From NCBI RefSeq assembly GCF_009914755.1, contig NC_060944.1: a DNA stretch of 64,000 bases; one strand, 5' to 3'. This stretch comes from the human T2T-CHM13v2.0 reference genome, Homo sapiens. Positions 54,086-64,000 of this stretch are shown piece by piece. Numbering within the stretch: the stretch's first letter is position 1; each line of letters opens with the position of its first letter. The position numbers and the translations under genes are program-made. The notes below the pieces were generated by a model, which was not told the DNA's origin, ran no database searches, and saw nothing but the letters and a program-made list of their open reading frames with translations.

Positions 54086-56466
54086 TTACAATAGCCTAGC
54101 ATGGCTTCCATGCCCCTCTCTCATCAGCTGGCTCTGGCTTTTCGTATCTCCTTTTTTCTAGGCTCTGTGTTGATTTAGCATGTCTCTTTTAAGCCACGTG
54201 TTTAATATTAGCTTTCAGGTCAAGTAACGACAAACATCTTCAATATGATACATGGACAATGGTAGATAGGAAAATCATTTCTGCAGTAGGCAATGAGAAA
54301 TGCCTCATCAACTGCAGTGATCATTCAATCTACAACTCTTCTTTGCAAAAGGGTATAACGAAAGGCTAAACCTGATCGCTAACTTCAAAATGTCTTTTTA
54401 ATTTAAACATTTAATTATAAATTAGAAAATATTGCATACAAATCTCAAATGCCAGCTTCTCTTGAAAGTTCAGAAATCTGGCAGCAGTAAAATAACATTC
54501 TTACATAGAAACAATGGCTGTGCTTAACAATGCTGGTTTCTTCCTTTATAGATTGGGCCTGGGATCTGCACCATTGCCCCTGACCCAATTTTTTTTTTTT
54601 TTTATAAAGTTGTCCTGAATGCTTTTCAGTTTGTGATCCTTGAAAAAATCTGACAGTAAACTCTTAATGCTTTGAGGGAAAGTACTTTATCTTAATTATC
54701 TTTAAATCACAACATGCTGCAGAATGTTTGGATCACATTTGATGACTAAAGTGATGTCAGTGAAATAGTTAAAGCTTTCAAAAATTATCAGTATTTACAC
54801 CTATCTCTTGATTGTTAGTAAGAAAGTGGATTTATTTTAATTAATGCCTGAAATCCATAGATGTCATAAACACTTCAATTCATCCAATAATTTCTTCTTA
54901 AATCAAACTTTCAAAAAATAATTAGAGGTGCTAACAAGTAGCAAATCTGACTGTGAATGGAATTGGCTTTCTTTTGTTTAGTGGAGGAAGATAATTAGCA
55001 GGAAATGGCCAACAGATGATGAGCAGAAAGAGGAAGCTGGGGACACAAAAGATCTCTCACAAGAAACCAAAGACCTCAGATCCCTAAGAATTGATTTCAC
55101 TGCAAATCTCAATAATTGCTGGAAAGAGTTTCCTGGGACAGCAGTTAAAGCAAGTCACACATATTAAAAGACATGCTTTGTTTGTAATATTGGAAGAATT
55201 GAAAATCATACCGATTTTTATGAGTAAGCACCTTGATAATCAATGAAGAACATCTGGCAATTTAAAGCTTTTTTTAAAGTCCTTGAATTTGTTATTTCAT
55301 GGAGCCTCAGTCCCTCAACTTAGCTAGACACAAACAAGACATCTGTGTCCAAAAGTTTAACTTCCACTCTCTTTGTTGGATGAACCAGAAAGCAAATGCT
55401 CCTTCAGAACAGTCTGACCTCAGAAGGCTCTAGAACATCCGGAATCTGGGAAGGGCTAACAGGATTTATATGTACTGATAGGAAAGGACCACTCAGCACC
55501 TGGTGATAACACCATATTCAATCCAGGGAAATTAAATTCTAACAGGATTAAAGGAGTCAGCAGTTAATACATAGGAGTATGATTTCCCCCAAGCCAACAT
55601 GCACATTGAAAGCCCATCTTCTATGGGAGAAACTGCTAAGAACATGACACAATGCATTAAGGTAGGAGGCAGCTTAAAATATGTGCAGAAATTCTAGCTT
55701 TTCATTCTGCTATAGCAACACAGAATACGTCTGAATTGCCTCATATTTATTGCCCTGTTTTCTAACAGCAAATGCAAAAACATGCATCAATATAGCACTA
55801 TGGAACCAACCTAAATAAACTAAAGTTATATAGGAAATTTATTTATCATGTGACTATCACACACACACATACACACAATAAAAATTACCAAAGAATTGTC
55901 CCGAAATATAAAATATGGAAATCTCAAATACATTTTATTATTTCAAATCAAGACTCTTTAGTACTCTGTTATTGTGCCTCGGAAATCTAACTGTTCCCTA
56001 TCCGTGTTTCCGTACTTCTTAATTTGCAATTTTGACAAAATTCAAAGGAGATTCCCATAGCTTATGCAATTCAAGGAGCAGCACTTCCCTAACAGCAGTT
56101 ACAAGGGACCTGTCTTGTTCCCAAAAGCATCGTCTATCCCTGAGAAGAAGTATGCCACTTCTTTATAAGTACTGCCACTTAGCTGGCTTCCTGTCATAAG
56201 TTCAATGTTAGAAAAAGGACTCTGCTTCTCCTTGGTTGCTCCTTTCTCTTTGTTAAAACTGATTCCAAGCAATTAGAAGCTCCAGCTATTCAAAAAGCAA
56301 GCAAAGATTGGTGCCAAAGGGCAAGCTTGTCCTTGAGAGAGGTCATGCCTCTTCAGCTGAAGCTTGTCTTTGCTTGGGGACAACGGTTCCCTGTCCACCC
56401 CATCTTTAAGAGGCTTATTGTTATGTTCATACCCACATTTCTCAGTCAGGGAAAGATATTGGTCTC

Positions 56467-56830
56467 TGTGGTAGATTGATTTAATGGCCCCAATACTTGA
56501 GCCCTACTAGTATTGTCACCCTCTTCCCTGTAGCATTCTAGTGCCTGCTTAGTCTGGCTTTAAGCCCAATTATACAATTTCTTTTGGCCTATGGGATATT
56601 AGCAAGCATGATGGAAAGACAGGCTGGAAGAGTGTTACATATTGGGTTTGTTCACCTTGCTCTCTCTATAATGTCTATGTGAAGATGCCTAGGCCAGCCT
56701 GCCAGAGGATGAAAGACATGTAGAGTACAGTCGAGTCAGCCCAGCAAGATGATCTTAAATCAGCCAATAGCCAATGACAATCATGTGATGAGCCCAACTG
56801 TAAAAGATCAGTCACCTCTTTTACAATCGA
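56467..56830 (+). mobile_element. MLT1G/H-type LTR fragment
   Basis: TGTGGTAGATTG...AATGGCCCC...TTTGGCCTATGGGATATTAGCAAGCATGA. Confidence 0.65.
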
Positions 56831-57404
56831 CAGCCATGAAGCCTTTGTTCTCTTTTGATAATCTTTTAATTTCCTCCAAGGGCCTAGTCCTTCGGAACCA
56901 TAACTATGGCTTGAACAATTTTCCTAATAAGAAAAAATATATGCCTGTGTGTGTTGGGTGCATCTCTCAAAGTTTCTAGTTACACCTGGGCACTTTCTTT
57001 GCTAAATTGCTAAATGCCATAAAATAACATGGTTCAGTAATTAGATATTTGTCTTGCTTAGATAAATCCCTGATATGACATATTGTTAAATCTGTCATTA
57101 TAAGATTTGAGCCATTTTTGTTTCCCTTTGGAAAATTTTTATTCATAAAAATTGAGATGACCCAAAAAATACTTCTTTGACTTTTAGGACTGTGTCCAAA
57201 CATGTTATTCTAAAAGAAGCAGGGTGGAGATAAATAAACTTCTTTGAAAGTGGCTAATTCATCTTTATGGTAATAATTAATTGTGTGACAGAATCCAATC
57301 CATTAATTTTATAAGCTAGCATACTCTGTGCCTTCACTTATATTAAATTTTTAAAACAGTTGTAGCTGAAAGTTTAAAAATTCATTGATGATTTTAAGTT
57401 ATTG

Positions 57405-58230
57405 AATTATGGTCAGATTGTATTAAAACAAATCCATTTTCATGCTTTTTATAAGAGGTACACCTAAAATATGAGAGCATGGAACATGTGAATGTAAAGA
57501 TATGAGAAAAATTTTACATGGCAAATTTTAACTAAAATAAGTACGGTATAAATGTATTCAAATGAATCAAAAAGACAAAACAACAAGGCCAGGGTTGGAA
57601 AGGGTCTTTGTATAGTTATGAAAAGCTTAAAACAGGAAAATAATAAAATTCTAATCTTTCATGCACCTAATGAAAAGCCTCTATAAAAATATGTTTCTGA
57701 AAGATTAAAGACTTTAATGTAAAATGCAAACAAATATTTAGAACAATATCTTCATAACTTTGGAGAAGGAAGACTCTTATATATGTCACAATGTGCTAAA
57801 ATGAAAAAAATCAGATGGATAATTTTGACTAAATGAAAATTAAGAACTTACGGTTATCAAAGATATCATAAGGAAAATGAAAAGACACAAAGTGGAAGAA
57901 GATATTTGCAACCTATGTCATATCTGGTCCATTAATCAAAGGACAGCACAATAAATTATAATATATTTACAAAATAGAATACTGGACTGTACTGAAAATG
58001 AATGGGGTCTGGTTCTTGCAACAAGTGAATAAATGTAAAAATAAGAATTGTGTTGAGTAAAGAAAGCGAATAGAACAAATACTATGTACAGTATAATACC
58101 CTTTTAATAAACTCAAAACTAAACAATTCATTGTTTAGAACTGTATATAACTAGGAGAGAAACTAATTTTGAAATATCAGGGAACGATAAAAATAAAATT
58201 TAGAACAATGTTTGCTCCAAGGATTGAGGG
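57405..58230 (+). mobile_element. Old L1ME fragments (EN piece, ORF2 piece, 3'UTR piece)
   Basis: ACACCTAAAA...ATGGCAAAT; GAAGATATTTGCAAC; TGTTGAGTAAAGAAAGC. Confidence 0.6.
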
Positions 58231-59907
58231 AAGAAGGAACAGAGAGAAAGGAGAGAGAGAGAATATAGAAGACTTAACCAGCACTAAGTTTCGATATTAT
58301 GGATAATACTTTTGGCTCATATTTTTATCCTACCTGCTTCCATAAAATGATAAGGAAGGATAAGTTGGATTAGATGCATTCTTGGCATTTACTATTCTAA
58401 ATGTATTTTCCATCTTGAAGTTACTGTTCGTGAAGCCAGGAGCAATTACTTTTTGAGTGGATGCACTGTCACCACCTTTCAAGGTGTCATTGTCCTGCCT
58501 TTCTTCAGAACTACTTGAGCCAGCTAGAGCTTTACATGCCAAGCATTACAAAATAAATAGAGAATTGGAATTCTTTCCATCTGTAAAGCAAGAAAATGCA
58601 CATTTGAATTCCGACTAAAGGGACACACCCCTTTTTTTGAGAAAAGCACCTATTGCAAGGTTTTGGTGTTGGTGCAAACACTCATTTTGATGTCTTTCAC
58701 TTCTTATAAGTTATTGGCCTTCTTTTCTAAAATATCTCCTACCTTTCCAACTAAGGTTTCTCCTATTCAGAAACAATGGCTTAATCATTTTCCAAAGGAC
58801 TCTTTTCTTCATAGCAGTCTTGATAGCCACCTACCAGAAGCCTGATTTAATAGGTCTTCGGTGGATCCATTTCACCCATGAGAACAATCAGTAAGGACTG
58901 GTGGCTTCTCAGCCAGGTGTTTTTTGAGTGTGTGGGTGCCTGAGTGGTGCCATACAAAACAACTCTGATTCATTTGTCCACAGAGAACTCAAGTGACATT
59001 TTGGGTAATTCATTTGTTTAGAGATGTGTCCTTTCTACCCACCTTCATCTTGACCCAAGTGTTTAGCTTTAAGGCTATTTTTGGACATATGACACTAAAA
59101 AGGATATTAACTGCTCCTGAGAATGTGACACTCCTAGTGAGTCTCAAATTGGAAACAGGCTTCAATGCATCAGCCATTTTTCATAAGTATTTAATAGCTT
59201 CAAGGAAATGACAGTTCCATGTCCCACGTGGGTTTTAGTTAGGGTGTAAGGTTCACAACTGAATACATGGGAGACAATTGTTGAACCATACATTATGCAA
59301 ACTGTTGTGAAAGTTAAGGATACACAACTGGCCTACTTTATACATATGCACATGAAATACTACCCCTACCCCTTAATCTATTTAAAATATGTTCCTAGAC
59401 TTTAAATTCCTCAGGCCTTAGGGAAATAAAACCAAGGCCATAGCTATATAATTGCAAAGCTCCAACTGTGTCCTATTAACCCAGTCATTTCATGAACTAA
59501 TTCAGGGACAATGGGTTCACAAAGCCTCAGTGTGTTTAAGATTTATAATTAAATTTCAAAAATGAAAGCTCATCTTGCCTGTTTAAGAATCTATGAAGTG
59601 TGTGGCTATCCTACAGAATCTTGTAGACAGACTCTGTTTCTTAAATCCAGCCTTTTCTTTTTATTATGATGCCAGTTTGTATTTTAAAATATGCCATTTC
59701 TTTCTAAAAAGTCCAGCTTAAAACTCAAGATATTAAATAACAAACCCTGACAGAACATGTGAGAAAGTTTCATACTTTTTTTTCAATTTGCCTGAAAAAA
59801 AAAAAAAGCTAAAAATACAGACAATTTCTATCTATGAATATCAACGATTTTAAAATGCCCACCAGAGAACATTGTTTCTAAGTCTGGAGTAAGGAAGAGA
59901 TAAGAGA

Positions 59908-60290
59908 TTGTCCTAGTCCAGGTCTTTTAAGAAACTGATTAAACACAAAGGGAGCGTTTCGTGGGATATTCCGCTGAGAAAAAATGCGGAAGGAACTGAG
60001 AAAAGGTGGGAGAGCTGTCGGACTGCAGTGTGTATTTAATGAGAAGAGAAAGCTGGAATAAAGGAAGTTGGGACAAAAACATTAGAGCACTTTGCAGTCT
60101 AAGGAAGTTTCTGCAAAGCCATTCAGTGTTCTTGAGCTAAAGTCTGTCATCAGAGGAGCCCCCTGTCTCTCAGATTGGACCCACCTTAGCATGATCCATG
60201 ATGTGCTCACTCATTGGCTGAGAACAGCCTGTGGGAGGTGTGGCCTCAATGGAAACTTAACTATGAGTTACAGAGCTCAGTGACTAGAGC
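59908..60290 (-). mobile_element. Old ERVL LTR (LTR33/LTR41-like)
   Basis: GTCATCAGAGGAGCCCCCTGTCTC...GCTCACTCATTGGCTGAGAACAGCC motif. Confidence 0.5.
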
Positions 60291-60373
60291 TCTGTAATTT
60301 CAACTTAAATGTCTTCACATACTATAAACAAGACACAGAATAATTTGGATGATATTTAAAGAAGATGATTTCC

Positions 60374-60815
60374 TTATTAGTCAGCTTGCTACTGTAAAAT
60401 GCTGCATAACAACCCCCAAATCTCAGTTGAATCCAAAAACCAGTATGTATTTCTTGTTCATGGGTCTCCAGGTGTCTTGGCTAAGCTCAGGTTTGTGCCA
60501 GTTTCATATGTGTGTTATTCTAGGACCCAGACTGAAGAGGAAAAGGCTACATAGGACATGCACTTATCCTGGCAGATGAAAACAAAATGAAAAAGAACAA
60601 ACCAAACCACATAAACACATTTAAAACTTTTGCTCACATCACATGTGGTCACATACCATTACCAAAGTAAGTCACATGGTCCAGCCAAAAGTCAATGGAG
60701 CGAAGAAGTGTAGTCTACATGCTGGGCTAGAAAATTCTGCACAGCCAGTGGTAAAGGATGTGGGTTGTATAGTCCTAGTATGTTGAGGGAGTGGAGGAGT
60801 GAAAATAATTTTCTA
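60374..60815 (-). mobile_element. MLT1I/J-type LTR
   Basis: TATTAGTCAGCTTGCT...GCTGCATAACAA...AAGTAAGTCACATGG...AAAAGTCAATGG. Confidence 0.7.
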
Positions 60816-62109
60816 TTTTAAACTAATATTGCTTTCTTGTTAAACAACATGCAATAGTAAAAAATAGTCGTAGAACACACACATATACACACACACACAC
60901 ACCCTTGTGAATGGACATACAGATATGCTAGAAGAATATAAATATACCTATCTCATGTGGAGTCATATACCTAAATCTTGGATATAAATAAACCAGAAAA
61001 GCTGCTAAATTTTTTCTATTTTTCTTTGGTCATTCAGAATAGAAGAAGAAGACAGAAATAGTCTATGAAAAAGCATGACTTATACTAGTAATGGATGCAA
61101 GAAATCTTAGTGCAAGTGAGAAAAAATGCATAGATCCACAAAATCAAAAAGTTTTCACAGCAACGTTTTCACATCAAAGTGACTGGCCTTTTTGATGCAC
61201 AATTTTAAAGCCCACAAGACTGGCCACTTCCATCCTGTTGGCATGGACACAATATAGGAATTAAAAAAAAAAAGACTGGAGTAAAAAACCAAACATTTTC
61301 TTACAGCAGCTGCCCCAAATCAACTCTAAATATCAGCCAACTGAGGCAGCTAAAAACTCACCAAAAAATAAATAAATAAATAAAAATAAACAATGCAAAG
61401 ACTTTGAGTCTTTGTTGAAAAAGTTGAGGGTGGGGATTCAGATATTAATTAGGTAAAAAGGGAAGAAGTTAAGGAAAGTCTATTTCAGTATGTGGAAGCA
61501 AATAGAAGACTCCATGGAATAATCTCTGGTATAAGCCAATAGGAATAAACAACATGGGACCCAAGAAGGAAAAAAAGTGATGGCTCTGAGTTTATTCCAC
61601 CACCTCACATACACACATACTCACACAAGGAAACAATGTAGCACACACATGAAAAGATGAAGAATGGATCCTGAAGAAAAATCTACCCCAGGAAACAAAA
61701 GAAAACTTAGTGATCACAATGAAAAAACAAGTAAACAGAGCCAGCAGAACTAAGAAAAAATATTGAAGGAAAAATAACCTGAGTGAGACCCTTAAGATAT
61801 GTTAAAAATAATAACTTAGAGAATAGGCTTGATAAAATCACCAAGATGCAGAGGAAAAGGACATAAAAATTAAAATAATTTGAGATAAATGTAATGAAAT
61901 AAAAATAAAACAGATACAAAGACTATGATACTATAGAAGCAGCAGAAATCTCCTCAGATGAAAGAAGAATAAAAGCCCAGGACCTTTTAAATGTTTTCAA
62001 GGGCTTGTTTTATTTCATAAAAAAATGAATAGAGAATCACTGATAATGAGATATACTTCATTAAATTTACTAAATGTCAAGCATTCAGAAGAGATAAACA
62101 GATTAATCT

Positions 62110-62280
62110 TTACATATTTTGAAATTGTTTTATAGCTCTTGGATGTTCTAAGTTTTTTCCACTTTTAATTTCCTCTTTATATTTCGGCTTGCAAAGTTTC
62201 CATTGACATATCTTCAAACTCATTGATTCTTTCCTTGGCAAAGTTGAGTCCATGGTAAGCTCTTTGAAAACACATTTCTT
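62110..62280 (-). mobile_element. L1 ORF1 fragment
   Basis: ACTTTGCCAAGGAAAGAATCAATGAGTTTGAAGATATGTCAATGGAAAC on the minus strand. Confidence 0.65.
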
Positions 62281-62289
62281 CCCACCCCC

Positions 62290-64000
62290 CACTTCAAGAA
62301 GGTGGATTAGAGGCCTTTAGCTTTCCTCAGCCACTTGGAAATAGCAAAATAGTACATAAAGATGAACTCTGTGAGCTTTAATTCAAGAAGAAAAATGGGA
62401 ATCTACCAGAATAGTAAAGGACACCGCAGATCCCGGGGAAGAGAAGTGGGCAAACAGCCACCTAGGGGACTCACCTTTCCACTGCAGATCCATGCAACCC
62501 AGGCCAAGGGAGAGCACATTATTTCTTCCAAGTCCCTGGAGCTAACTTGGATGGAGGCTTGGAGACACAGAGAGGGAAAGACGTCGGGAAAAGCTGCGAT
62601 CATTTTCCCAGACCCAGGTTGGAGACGAGGATGCCATTTTTAATCCAGGCTCATACAAAGTCAGTCATTCTTTGGCAATTTGGCAACACGGCCTCACAGT
62701 CATTTTAGTGTCAGGCCAGAGATTGAAGCACTTGCTCTAGAGTAGTATAGAGCTTCCACAGCTGGAATTGAGCAGCAGGGGTGGAAAGCACCCCAGCAGT
62801 AGGTGCTAGAATTGTGCTTTCCCCCATTGCAGGTCTGGAGTGGGAGGAGAGTTGCTGTAGCTGTGGGTTCTTTGGGCAATGAGATCTTCAGACAAGGCCA
62901 ACTTGGCAACCTAGAGCCAATCTGCATGTGTCATTATGAGGTGCCCCAGCCTGCTCCCTAGAGATTGTGGTGTAGTGGGGCACTCTCTGCTCCATGGCCA
63001 GGTAGATTTCCAGGCATTCTGAGTGTCTGTTCACCTGGATAAGCTGCCGAAGCCACCCCACCCTTCTTGTGAAGAGATTGTGGTGCAGTGGGGCTCTTTC
63101 TGTTCCATACCCAGGCAGCTCTCTAGGCACTTGGAGCATTCACTCTCCTAGATGGGAGAGTTAGGCCACTCACCCTTCTTCATGCTGGGAAACTGGGGAA
63201 AAGGAGGTTTCTCAGCTTCATGTCTAGGCACACCTCTAGGCGCTTGGTGGCTGCCCAGTGAGCTTGTCCTTGGAGCTAGTGCTTGTGCCTGATATTGTGG
63301 GACCTGTAGGTGTGCCTGCTTGATCTGGCCCCACCCATCTTGCTCCCACTCTCCAGGGCTGTGCATTCCACAGTGGTCTGAGCTCCCAGAGAGTTTTAAC
63401 CAGGAAGCAAGGATCAAGTATATACCCATCCACATTGGCTGTAGCCAGCTCTTACCCACAAGAGCCACCTACTGGCTTGGAGAAATAATGGCACAGCACT
63501 CTAGGATTTCTGCCGACACAAGTACATAGCACTGGAGAAAGTTAAACTTCCTGACCACTGCCAATTTGGCCCCACAGGAGGCAGTGAGCCTGCTCACATG
63601 CCCAGAACATCACTACTATAACCAGCATTTGGATAAACCATCATAAAAAGGCTACCTATAACCAAGGAATTTATACAGACACTTTGACACTGAAAATACC
63701 CAGAACCGGAGCTCTAACCCTTAGCACAGTTCACCCGTAAGGGATGGGGAAGAGCAGCTGACCAAAGGCCACCTTGGGTAAAAGGCAATGTGGGCGTGGC
63801 ACTAGTCACTGAAGGCAGCACCATCACAGCTCAGGAGCAGACATGGAAAGGAGGTCATCTCATCCCCCATTCCACCCTCCTCAGTGCACTGTTGAAGACT
63901 CAGTAGTAGCTCTTCCCATCAGGGCTCGGAAGCATGGGCTGAAAGAGATCAATTCTAAGCATTCTATAGTGGTTCCACCTCCACTGAAGGTGAATGTATA
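62290..64000 (+). mobile_element. L1M (L1MA-type) 5'UTR running off the window end
   Basis: Starts CACTTCAAGAAGGTGGATTAGAGGC...GCCACTTGGAAATAGCAAAATAG; GC-richer UTR with a ~113-bp internal repeat (62961 and 63074). Confidence 0.75.

Noticed and set aside
54981-55166. + strand acceptor TTTTCTTTTGTTTAG followed by ~61 open codons
   Set aside because: No recognisable protein, and only a weak AA|GCAAGT donor.

Overview
Primate (very likely human/hominoid) AT-rich, CpG-poor, repeat-dense DNA, either intronic or intergenic. I see no credible host protein-coding exon, RNA gene or CpG island; the ORF track is explained by L1/Alu/LTR remnants or chance. The centrepiece is a young 5,672-bp HERV-H provirus on the minus strand (45542-51213). 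It has two 434-bp LTR7Y-type LTRs differing at 7 positions, a perfect tRNA-His PBS, a CTTAC TSD and intact splice signals. It is nested in an AluJ that is itself inside an old L1. Also on the minus strand are an LTR9B-like U3 fragment carrying OCT/KLF/CCAAT/YY1 motifs about 1 kb downstream of the provirus, and a THE1D-like provirus with a DUX4 motif in both LTRs. The best candidate 'system' is a hypothesis: a set of co-oriented ERV promoters/enhancers for early-embryo stages that may drive a spliced minus-strand lncRNA. Other notable observations are several perfect inverted-repeat template-switch scars, a trimeric Alu inside one TSD, and an L1 that keeps both ends but lacks its RT region. Repeat subfamily names come from recalled consensus sequences, not a database search, and boundaries of old elements are approximate.
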